Shown here: positions 53,146 through 64,000 of the stretch, piece after piece | How the letters are laid out: each line of letters begins with the position of its first letter | Position numbering within the stretch: the first letter of the stretch is position 1 | Source: Octopus sinensis | Taxonomy: Eukaryota | Reading direction: 5' to 3' | NCBI RefSeq assembly: GCF_006345805.1 | Contig: NC_043002.1 | Location: 38,626,001 to 38,690,000, forward strand | Length of the DNA: 64,000 nucleotides | The notes under the pieces: generated by a model | The model's database searches: none | What the model saw: the letters and a program-made list of their open reading frames with translations, nothing else | What the model was told of the DNA's origin: nothing | Made by a program: the position numbers and the translations under genes

Positions 53146-53669
53146 AAGAGACCAAAGTGTACGTACGCCGCTATATGTATAGCAATAAGAAAATGGAGGG
53201 CATCAATAGGTAGTTCATCAACTTTTAGACCTTATATTATGTTAAATTATTTATTTATTTACTAAACTGACAATTACAAGAATATACATACATGTATAAC
53301 ATATTATGATTTACATATAAGATATAAAATATATTAATATATAAGGATACCAGAAATTATTACCAAATAACATACATTAATATAAATTGGGAAAATAAAT
53401 TACAGCTGTTTCAGCCAAGGGGTAAAAATACCTCATTCTACCTTTATAACTCAAGTAGACTGAAATAATAGCTAGATGAAATTGAGGTACTTGGATGTTT
53501 CTCTAGGCTTCGTCAGGGATTATAAAGTACATAATTCTAAGTTATAAATAAACATAAATATAAAATAAATAAAAAATACACACACATTTACATACTTATA
53601 TATATATAGATATACATATACATATATAAATATACATGAATACTTATATATATATATATATAATATATA

Positions 53670-53700
<31 letters not shown>

Positions 53701-54845
53701 ATACAAAATGGGACAAGAATGCAATATATCCATACAGTTAGGTGATACAAAAAAGGACAACACAAAATCCAGATAGACGATAGAAAGAAAACAATTACAG
53801 GTCATTCGGAGTTTTCTTTCCTCAGTCGAGTTCCAGATTATCTTAGCAATTTCGGCCAGCCCCAAGGAAAAAACTAAGCTAAGAGCATTAGATTCCTTGA
53901 AAGGAAGCAGCGAATGTATACGAAAACAAGGACGAGATAAATACAAATAACAGGACATAACAACAAGAGTCTTTCGACTAAGGACGAATTAAATTAAGCT
54001 GGCGTATGAAAGCCTTACGGCAAAGATACAAGATTTCACAGGGATGACTATAGATATTGCACGGATGACGGTCGAACAAAGAAAGAAAGATCAGGCTTGG
54101 CCGAACACTGGTCACGTGGGAAGAGAAGAGAGGGAGGTAGAGGCAGAGGGCCAGAAGAATTAAGGAGGGGCGAGACAGGGACGCAGTGAAGTGAAAAGAG
54201 GAGGGAAAGTAAGCAAGGAGAGAAGGCAGGGAAATGTAAGAGAGGGGGAACGAAAGAACGAAGAGTGGAATGAACGAATAAGCGTAGAAGGGCTGATAGA
54301 AAGTAAGAATAGAGCTGTACAAGATTGAGAAGATTATATATTTACATAGAAGAGACCAAAGTGTACGTACGCCGCTATATGTATAGCAATAAGAAAATGG
54401 AGGGCATCAATAGGTAGTTCATCAACTTTTAGACCTTATATTATGTTAAATTATTTATTTATTTACTAAACTGACAATTACAAGAATATACATACATGTA
54501 TAACATATTATGATTTACATATAAGATATAAAATATATTAATATATAAGGATACCAGAATTATTACCAAATAACATACATTAATATAAATTGGGAAAATA
54601 AATTACAGCTGTTTCAGCCAAGGGGTAAAAATACCTCATTCTACCTTTATAACTCAAGTAGACTGAAATAATAGCTAGATGAAATTGAGGTACTTGGATG
54701 TTTCTCTAGGCTTCGTCAGGGATTATAAAGTACATAATTCTAAGTTATAAATAAACATAAATATAAAATAAATAAAAAATACACACACATTTACATACTT
54801 ATATATATATAGATATACATATACATATATAAATATACATGAATA

Positions 54846-54897
<52 letters not shown>
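52500..54897. repeat. Near-identical tandem duplication of about 1.2 kb with breakpoints in (TA)n tracts
   Basis: 52500-53700 versus 53701-54897; differences seen are a few single-base indels. Confidence 0.95.
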
Positions 54898-54898
<1 letters not shown>

Positions 54899-54930
54899 TG
54901 AAATGTACATATATATATAGATAGATAGTT

Positions 54931-55632
54931 AATAATTTACAAAGTTAGGGCGAAAGATTTTTTAGAAATTTCTATCGGTTTGTTTCGAGACACATAAATT
55001 ATAATGGTTATTGACAATTTTTGTCTTTTTTTTCGGCATATTTGGCATTAGAATTTTTCTTTCACCCTAATTTTGTAAATTGTTTATAAATTTAAACTTT
55101 AAAGGTATTTTCTGATATTGATAAAATTTTTTTCCCGAAAAAAATTTTATCCTACATTAGTTATAAATTGAATAGTGTTCACTTGCGGATTCTCTCACTC
55201 TGTGAAAGTTTCTAGTTCGAATCACACGTGTCTCGAGATGTGCCGAAGTTTTTCTATTTTGGATATATTTGGGGTACTTAGGTCTGCTCAGGACTTAGTG
55301 CTTGCTTTTTCCATGGGTATGAGTAAGTATTTCGCTTATATCTCACGTATTTATCGCTGAAGAAGGGAAAATTCTTATGAATTAACCCCGAAATTGGGAC
55401 CAATACGGTAATACCAAATTTTTTAGAAATTTCTATCGGTTTGTTTCGAGACGCATAAATTATAATGGTTATTGACAATTTTTGTCTTTTTTTCAGCATA
55501 TTTGGCATTAGAATTTTTCTTTCGCCCTAATTTTGTAAATTATTTATAAATTTAACCTTTAAAGGTATTTTTTAATATGCCGGCCATTGATAAAAAAATT
55601 TTCCCGAAAAAAATGTTATCCTACATTAGTTA
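54931..55632 (+). mobile_element. Hammerhead-containing non-autonomous element (retrozyme/Penelope pLTR-like): partial tandem plus short inverted 5' piece
   Basis: Direct repeats 54958-55168 and 55418-55632 (period about 460) flank a hammerhead. 54931-54957 is the reverse complement of the tctttcgccctaattttgtaaattatt segment in the repeat. Bounded by (TA)n/(GATA)n. Confidence 0.6.
55347..55414 (+). ncRNA. Type I hammerhead ribozyme, canonical core (AUA site)
   Basis: Stem I GUAUUUAUCG/CGGUAAUAC; CUGAAGA at 55357-55363; stem II GGG..AAUUC-UUAU-GAAUU..CCC; GAAA at 55390-55393; stem III AUUG-GGAC-CAAU; predicted cleavage after A55405. Confidence 0.8.
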
Positions 55633-55636
55633 TAGG

Positions 55637-55734
<98 letters not shown>

Positions 55735-55985
55735 TACACACACAAAATGAAAGAAGAACGCAAAACATCCAAACAGTTTGGATAAAAAAGGGACAAATGC
55801 ATGTATGTATGTATGTATAATGTATGCATGTTTATATATGTGTACATAGGTATAAGTTAGAGGTGTTTAAACCTCTAACGGATGGTTAAATCCAAATGCG
55901 CTCCAGGTGATTACCTGCGTAGGTACTGTCCTTGTTAAAAGCTATACTGTAGCAGGTAATTCAGCGGGTAAACCGTAGTTTAAAT

Positions 55986-56147
55986 TATATGCAAGAAGAA
56001 AATGGAGGAAAATAACAGGAAGAAGCAGGTCGTTTGCGATAGCAAGCCATTATCACTTTTCTTTATTAATTAATTAAATTTATAGCTTCCTAGCGCAAAC
56101 GACCAAATTCTTCCTGTTATTTTGCCTCCATTTTCTTCTTGCATATA
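55986..56147. repeat. Inverted repeat, about 62-bp arms with about 36-bp AT spacer
   Basis: tatatgcaagaagaaaatggaggaaaataacaggaagaagcaggtcgtttgcgatagcaagc versus the reverse complement of 56085-56147 (about 6 differences). Confidence 0.9.
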
Positions 56148-56224
56148 TGTATGCATATATTTATTTATTTATATTTATATATGTATACACACACACGCAC
56201 ACACACACATATATATATATACAT

Positions 56225-56425
56225 GTGTACCGTTGCTGATTTTTTTTCGTCCGTCTTCCCTTCTTTAGATCTTTCTTTTTCCTATGTTTCTGACGAAGAG
56301 CTCCGCTCGAAACGTTAAATCCTCCTTCTTTCCTTTTTTTCCTGAGCGTCCAATAATACTCTACTTGTTCCACGTCCTCGCGTTGTTGTGTTTTCTCTTT
56401 GTGTTTTCATGTTTGGATTAACTAT
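56225..56425 (+). mobile_element. Penelope pLTR-like fragment with a minimal hammerhead (56286-56320)
   Basis: GUUU CUGACGA A GAGC-UCC-GCUC GAAA CGUU AAAU, with a palindromic ACGU stem III. Downstream cctgagcg...aatac...ttccac is shared with the 60.2 and 62.5 kb copies. Confidence 0.65.
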
Positions 56426-57061
56426 ATATATATATATATACATGTATGTATGTATGTATATGTATGTATGTATACAAATATAAACACATATAAGTTTATG
56501 CTCTCTATTGTGGGAAGCGCCCATGTGTGTTACGAATCAACACATACCACAAACAAAATCAATTGAAGCATGTTCTTGCCGGTGCTTCTGCTTAAGATTC
56601 GCACGAAATTGGTAACGTGGATTCTGTCTAATTAATTCAAACTGTTTTATACAAGTGAAACACGTTATCCATTCCTAACAATTTCCAGCAAGGTTTTCCA
56701 AAGAGTCGCGATCAATATTACAACGCTTAGAATTATATAAATCTTATTTATACTTGAAGACGACCCACTGGTGCCTTGTCATTCCAAAGCTAACCATAGA
56801 GAGCTGTTCTGGGGGCCTATCATCTTTCATCCGAACAAAGTGCACTGTTCATCTCAACTGTATCTTAATTAGAAAAAGCTTTCTCTTGCGAAATAACGCA
56901 AAATGTGCGAAGACATTGAATCTGAAATGAATCGAGTTCTTTTATATGAGCTGGTAAGTGTTCCAAATCCCAGTGCCATATAATAGGGGTAATGTTTGTT
57001 TGTATGTGTGTGTGTGTGTTGTGTGTGTAATTGCGTGTTTGTGTCTGTATATGTGTTTGTG

Positions 57062-57375
57062 TGTGTAGTAAGAAGCTCGCTCCCCAACCAATTGGTTTCT
57101 GATTTGGACAAGTGTCGACAACAATAACTCCGGATTAACCTAAGATTTGTGACAGAACTTGATAAACGGAAACTGTAAAATTCCCGACGGGTGTATACCA
57201 CACATACACACGCACTCATACGCACACACACACACATATATATATGTATGTATATATGTCAAATCTACTCACAAGACTTTGGTTGGTCCGGGGCTGTAAT
57301 AGAAGATAGCTGCTCCAGATTCCAAGCAGGCGGACTGAATTCGGAACCATATGGTTGAGAAGCAAGTTTTGCAAC
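57062..57375. mobile_element. Two decayed family-B SINE fragments in opposite orientation (57062-57195 +, 57258-57375 -)
   Basis: Remnants of ttggacaagtgtc...ataaacggaaactg and its reverse complement tctactcacaagactttggttggtccggggct. Confidence 0.5.
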
Positions 57376-57506
57376 ACACACACACACACTCACACATATA
57401 TATGCACATACATATGCACATACACCAAGTTTGGGTGTACACGCGCGTGTGAGTGTGTGTGCGTCTGTGTTTGTGTATGTAAATAGATAGATAGACAGGT
57501 ATATAA

Positions 57507-57556
<50 letters not shown>

Positions 57557-57591
57557 TAGATGGATAGATAGATAGATAGATAGATTAGATG

Positions 57592-57679
<88 letters not shown>

Positions 57680-57917
57680 CGTACATACATACATTCGTAC
57701 ATACATACATTGACAGACATATTTTTCAAATTGCACCATATTCTATAGCGCTTCATGATAGAATGTTAAAAATTCTTGTGCTCCAAATGTTTCACTCAGT
57801 ATGTTGTTTCTTTTAATTATGAATTTTTTTTCGATCTTTCACTTATATGTAAACGGGAATATATCTATGGTAGATATGTATGTTTGAATGTATATATTTG
57901 TGTGTATGCATACATGA

Positions 57918-57948
<31 letters not shown>

Positions 57949-58195
57949 TCATGTGATCACGTGACCGACCAGACCATCAGATGTTTTACACATCGCTGGC
58001 TAAGCGAGCAGGCCAACAGAAGAGTGATAGAAAGAGTGATGAAAGAGTACAGCAGGGATCACCACCCCCTGCCGGAGCATCGTGGAGCTTTTAGGTGTTT
58101 TCGCTCAATAAACACTCACAACGCCCGGTCTGGGAATCGAAACCGTGATCCTACGACCGCGAGTCCTCTGCCCGAACCACAAGGCCATTGCGCCT

Positions 58196-58197
<2 letters not shown>
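57949..58197 (-). mobile_element. SINE family A with internal deletion
   Basis: Homologous to 15585-15911 but missing about 50 bp between two TCGCTGG repeats. Confidence 0.85.
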
Positions 58198-58247
<50 letters not shown>

Positions 58248-58517
58248 GTTCTTTTACATGTTTGAATGTATATATGTACAGGTATCTCTATGTAAGTGTA
58301 TGTGCATCTATGTGCATATGTATGTTTGTATGTATGTATGTATGTATGTATGTATGTATGTATGTGCGTATCTCTGTATATACAACAGTATTTCAATCTC
58401 TACATTGCATATGTATGTAATTCAGTGCTTGTAATTGTATATCGCTCGATAAATATAGAAATATAGCTCCTCTATATTTATATAATATCGTTCCTGTCTT
58501 CTTTCCTTCATTCTTAG

Positions 58518-58774
58518 GCAGAGTGAGATCAGTAATTTTCAGAAGGACACTGAAAATGTTAGCAAAGAGCAATGTCGTCAACCAAACGTTCTTCAACATA
58601 ACGTCTCAAGGACTGAGATACAAAAGAAATGTCGTTTTGGAATATACAACACGTATATGTCGCACAAATGCATTAACATTACGGAAATGCGAATTCATTT
58701 TATCTGTTGAAATCAAACTTTTTAGTGAATTCACCAATAAAAGCGTGCCAACGAGAGAAGCCTCTACATACACG
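58518..58774 (+). CDS. Candidate internal coding exon (phase 1 to phase 0) of an unidentified host gene
   Basis: Strong pyrimidine tract ttcctgtcttctttccttcattcttAG (58516-17), an open 85-codon frame (RVRSVIFRRTLKMLAKSNVVNQTFFNIT...NKSVPTREASTYT) and a consensus donor GTAAGT at 58775. No homology recognised. Confidence 0.45.
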
Positions 58775-59189
58775 GTAAGTTTGAAATAATATGTTGTCCT
58801 ACCGTCTTAAAATTATGAGATACAATTAATGATCAAAAGAGATTATGTCCGAAAAAGTAGGACTGATTGGTGTACGCCACAAATAAACCAAAAATGAATT
58901 AACTTTGAAAATATATAAGATTGAGTCTGTTTAATAAATATGTACAGGAAAATTGTGTACTTATATAATGTTTGAGATTAGTAGTATAGAAACTAAGGAA
59001 TGTAATATAATACAACACGGCGCATATGTTATAATATCAAGTAAGTTATGAACATATGAGGAAAATATGTTGCACTTTTATGAAAAATGTTTAGAATTGA
59101 TATACTACACATATGAGGGAACTTCCCTGAGTGTCAGTTCCTGATTTATTGAGCTAAGCATATTTTATCTATTACTTTTATTTACACTT

Positions 59190-59535
59190 TATTACATTTG
59201 CCTTAGGGAAGGCGGAGGTATTCTTTCTCAGTCATGTTTGTTTGTTCGTTTGCTTGGTGGATTCGGATGAAACATTCAGGGATGTTTGGCCTCGTGACTG
59301 GTGGCATGAACTGATTAGATTTAGGGATAGATCTGGTACCAGACGAAGATTCTGGATCATTTTTCCCGATGTTTTTAATTTTTGAGAGCAGCTGGGTTCA
59401 TTTTTAGTATTCTCCTTTGTATGGGCAATCGAGTTTATTTATGATATTCTCATTTTAAAAATCATCTCTGGCTAATCGTTGGGAGGACGTTGGTGTTGCA
59501 TTGCCGGAGGTTTGCGCACTCTGAATGTTCTTGTT
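59190..59535. mobile_element. Non-autonomous DNA-element-like repeat (family uncertain)
   Basis: ggcggaggt motifs near both ends and a gttcgtttgcttgg...gatagatctggtacc interior. Recognised only by general resemblance to short invertebrate non-autonomous elements. Confidence 0.35.
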
Positions 59536-60094
59536 TATTTATTAGTGTCGCAAAAATATACGATCACATGTTAAAACACCTTTGAACTAAAGCAATTTTT
59601 CTAAAATTTCTAATCCCTATGCGAGTAGTTTTTCCGTTAACCCTTTGATAACACTTTAATAATTGTTTGTTCATACTAAACGGAATTATTTATCTTTTCT
59701 TCTGAGGAGTTTATAACCACAGTAAGAAGTAAGTAGCTTTCAGAATTTGAGAAAGGCCAGTTGTTGCATTAAAGAACGAGCGTAAGATCTGTGTTCAGTT
59801 TTTGGGTGTTATTTCCTTCAACAGAAACAAGGCTTCATGTTGAATGAAGAGTATCAAAACCGAGATCAATCTCACGAGTATGTTGACACGTAGAGACAGC
59901 CTGCGAGAACATGTTCCATGTCGATAATCTATATTTGTACACGAGTAATGACTATATTATACTTACTGCGCAGTATATTATATACATTTATACTACATGT
60001 ATATGGGTGTGAGTATATGTATAGATGCAAGTGCTCGGATATACAAATGCACACATACACACACACACATACACACGTACATGCAGATAGATGG

Positions 60095-60166
<72 letters not shown>

Positions 60167-60167
60167 T

Positions 60168-60340
60168 ATAGTTGGAATTTACAAAAAGCAAAAGACGAAG
60201 ACAGGTGTGTAAAGAACAAACGGGTGTATTAGTTTAACGCTCATGAAGGTGAGAAAGTATTTTACGTTTCGAGCCTACGCTCTTCAACAGAAAGGAAAAT
60301 AAACAGAAAGATAATAAAAAGAGCTTTAGTGGCTAGCGAT
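60168..60340 (-). mobile_element. Penelope pLTR-like fragment with a minimal hammerhead variant (CUGUUGA core)
   Basis: Minus strand UUU CUGUUGA A GAGC-GUAG-GCUC GAAA CGUA AAA (60293-60261). Confidence 0.6.
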
Positions 60341-62247
60341 AGAGATATAGATGCATATGTATGCATATATAATGTACTACATAGGCATTCTACAAATCCC
60401 ACCTCTATTTCTGTTTAGTACTTAATGGAAAATGTTGGAAATACTTGAGCGCTGTATGTTGCACGTAGTAGGTTGTTTCTTTGCACTATGATTTAATTTA
60501 AGGTGTTAGGTAATGCTGTCTATAGCACTTATTCAGCATTACCTGACACCTTTGGGTCTCAGTGACACCATTATCTATTTTATATATATATATATACTGC
60601 ATTAAAAGTAAGTTTGAATTTTGCTTGCTTGCAATGTTACCCAACCAAACTGGCGCATAATGGGAAAATACTGTGAATTAAGTTTACCCTGAAATGTTAA
60701 TACGAACGGAATAATACAAGTTTCGCGTAAATCGGGCAAGTAGTTTTAGAGATATTATAGGATTTCTGGTATAAATACTTTCCCAAATAATGGGAAAGTA
60801 TTCCGAAAATAATCTTAATCCTGACAGGGAAGAAACTTTTATCTTTCGATTAGATGCAGTGACTTGACAACGAAAAAATACGAGCTTTTGACAGTAAATG
60901 TTTCTATTTTTGCTTTTGTTAAACAAAATATTTTAACCATTAAGAAATATTTTTGAGTGAATGTGATTTCAAAAATGTAAGCTGTTTGCACAGTAAGCAT
61001 TTATATTTTAGCTTTCTTTAAACAGACGATATCTTAATATTTTTTTTTAATTATTTTCAAGTGAATACCAGAAATCATGTGGATTGAAAGCAAGTTTCTT
61101 ACCACATGTATTTATCCATGTATGTATGCATGTATGTACGTTTATAATTAAATATGGAGATGTTACAAATTGCACTACATTATAGTGCTTTATGAGAGGA
61201 TGCTACAACTTGCCATCCGCTGCATGTCAGAAATAATACGTTCTTGATTAGAATTTTGATTTTTTTCTTTAATTTTTAGTCTTTCTCCAAATTATGCTGT
61301 GTATGCGCGTGTGTATGTATGCGCATATATGTGTGTTTGTGGTGTTAGAAATGTATTAACATGCGTAGGCAGGGAAGGGAGAGGGAGGCATCAGTCTTTA
61401 TCTAAACGGGATTTTCAATATTAATTACTAAACTGGGAAAGTAAATAATTTCGTATAGATTGAAAAAAATGCTAATTTCATACATGGAGTTCTGTTTATA
61501 ATTAAGTAGATAGATAATATTGTTATGTTACACAAGCTCAATTTATTCCTGCTTTTCAGACTTAATGCATATTTTACGCGTAACGATATAAAATGCATTT
61601 CCTGTATATAAAGTCTAAAGTGCATTAAATATAGTGTCATAAATGCAAAGTAAATCTGTCTTTCCGCTTTGTTTTCTTAATAACTGAGGTGTGAGTGTTG
61701 CTTGGTATCAGTTTGAGAATTTGTCTTTGGTGGTTACAAATATTTTGAAAAATACTTTTATGTGAGTATGTAAAGTCGTAATTAGGAATATAGGTATATA
61801 TATGTGTGTGTGTGTGTGCGCGTGTGTATGTATGTTTGTTGGGGTGTTTGTGTGTGCGTGTTTGTATGTGTGTGATTGTGAGTGCGTGTATTTGTGTGCT
61901 TGCGACGTTTGTATAAGTGTATGTGTACGTGGATGTGTTGTTTGGTTGTCCTGGGAAATACAGCAGTATAAAAATCTAAATATGCATACATGGTATATTT
62001 TTCTATCATATTTCTCTTTGGTTGCATACGTTTATAGACACCAACAACTCAATGTTCTTCTTGCGATTTGATGCGAATGTATGCAAGTTTAAATATATAA
62101 CCACATATACACATATACATACATGCATGTTCATACATACACACAAATATATATAAATACACATATGTAAATATACATGCAGAGATCTATATATGTATGT
62201 ATATATATGTGTGTGTGTGGTGTGTGTATGTGTGTGTATCTATATAC

Positions 62248-62366
<119 letters not shown>

Positions 62367-62424
62367 GGAGTAAACACATAAATTTTTTTTTTCTGCTGCT
62401 TTAAATAAAGTATATATATATATA

Positions 62425-62640
62425 TAACGGGAAGCTTTATGAAAATAAACAAAAGACGAAGGCAGGTGGAATACAAACAAACAATTGTATTAGTATGGCG
62501 CTCAGGAATATAAATAAAACAAGTCTTTTACGTTTCGAGCCTACGCTCTTCAACAGAAAGATACACAGAAAAGAAACACGGAGAGAAACAAGGAGAGAAA
62601 AATATGCGTGCAGAAGCTAGCGAATCAACATGGCGATCTC
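62425..62640 (-). mobile_element. Penelope pLTR-like fragment with a minimal hammerhead variant (CUGUUGA core)
   Basis: Minus strand UCUUU CUGUUGA A GAGC-GUAG-GCUC GAAA CGUA AAAGA (62561-62524), flanked by (TA)n on both sides. Confidence 0.65.
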
Positions 62641-62678
62641 ATATATATATATGTGTGTGTGTGGTGTGTGTGTGTGTG

Positions 62679-62717
<39 letters not shown>

Positions 62718-63786
62718 TATATAAATACATATACATACATCTATCTCCTCTTCCTACTGCTATCACATACATGACCAGCGGCCAGTTTCTGTTTTCCTGC
62801 CTTTCTTAGACTGGTCCTTTAGCTGACTAGTCGTATATTATGTCTCTCCGTTTTCCATCTTTCCAAACATTTTCTGACCGTTACCCACTATTTTCGTCTC
62901 CTTGGTCCCGAAACCGTTTTTGCTCAACTGTTCTTCCTCGTCCACTGCCCTAAATCACACTACGTATCATTTTGCTTGTTTTGTATTGTTTTGTTTGCTC
63001 TTATCCCTAATTCTACGCCAGAAAACAGTTGGGAAGCACTTAGTCTTATCGTTAAAGGTGCGAAACTTAGCAATACCATTGAACGATAACTGATTAAGAA
63101 TTTTGAAACTTGTTTGTCTCCCGTTCGTTTGTACATTCAGTATACGTTACGTCGTTTCTTTAAGCATTTCTCATTTATCAGATAAAGTAACGCAACAACA
63201 CTGTGTTTGTATTGAGAAGTACGAAGAGAAGGCGTGGAGCAAAGAAGGTGTGATTGTTACGGCAACAATGCCTATCGAATAACGAAGATTCAACACACTA
63301 ATACGATCAAGTAAAAGATAGATGAACAATATCTATATGGTTATATAAGTTTCGTAAGTGCATTGCAAGAAACTCCTTTGCATTTCTGTCGGTTATGTGC
63401 TTTGCAGCCGATTACAATATAAGCGTAACCAAAGATGTATATGTGCTTTTAACATGTGTCGTCTTTATTTCTTTTCTTGTTAGCTCTTCGTTAACTGTTG
63501 CTCTTCTTCGATAATATACACAGCAATCTAGTTGTTTTTCTTTTCCTATTTCCGGCGTATAATTCATTGTGCAGTAACTTTATGGCTAAATATGTGTGTG
63601 TACGTGCATATCTATATATATGTATGCGTGTGTATGTGTGTGTGTGCACGTGTGTTTACATTTTTACGGCCATCTTTCGACAATTTGTTTACCTGTTGTA
63701 ATAATGCACGTTGTCCACTGTCCGTCCCTTATTTCCCCTCGTTTCATTTGTACTGTTTTACTCATATATATATATATATATATACT

Positions 63787-63900
63787 TATTTTATCGAGCC
63801 CGAAACGATGAAAGGCAAAATCGACCACGTCGGTATTCAAACGTAAAGATGGACGAAATCCCGCAAAGCATTTTGTCTGACTTGCTATCCATTTTGCCTG
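63787..63900 (-). mobile_element. SINE family E fragment
   Basis: acttattttatcgagcccgaaacgatgaaaggcaaaatcgacc, shared with 49300-49350 and 10770-10810. Confidence 0.6.
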
Positions 63901-63915
63901 CGTTACATGCACGTC

Positions 63916-63934
63916 GTAGTAGTAGTAGTAGTAT

Positions 63935-63978
<44 letters not shown>

Positions 63979-64000
63979 ATGATGTTGATCATGATGATGA
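63916..64000. repeat. (TAG)n/(TGA)n microsatellite
   Basis: Direct reading of the sequence. Confidence 0.9.

Noticed and set aside
56480-56800. Possible RTE RT relic on the minus strand
   Set aside because: Only vague remnants (DRDSL-like) are visible; too decayed to call.

Overview
AT-rich, microsatellite-saturated eukaryotic DNA. The repeat landscape resembles a cephalopod, probably Octopus (inference, not a database result). No complete host gene is recognisable; there is one good candidate + strand exon (58518-58774). The centre holds a head-to-tail dimer of a young Tx1/L1-clade non-LTR retrotransposon (20172-30297, - strand) with the same 16-bp target sequence on the left, between the copies and on the right. 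The rest is mostly relics: R4/Dong-type LINE pieces inside (TAA)n tracts, RTE LINEs, four kinds of Tc1/mariner element (one DD41D-type with TIRs and TA duplication), a probable MITE and about five tRNA-derived SINE families. Several non-coding elements carry hammerhead ribozymes: two fold fully canonically (33868-33966 -, 55347-55414 +), and others are minimal or degenerate. The most unusual signal is that two Dong/R4 copies each contain a short inverted patch matching sequence 4-5.5 kb away in this window. In both cases the patch equals the + strand when read in the element's sense. Most ORF-track entries are microsatellite or antisense-TE artefacts. All alignments and folds were done by eye.
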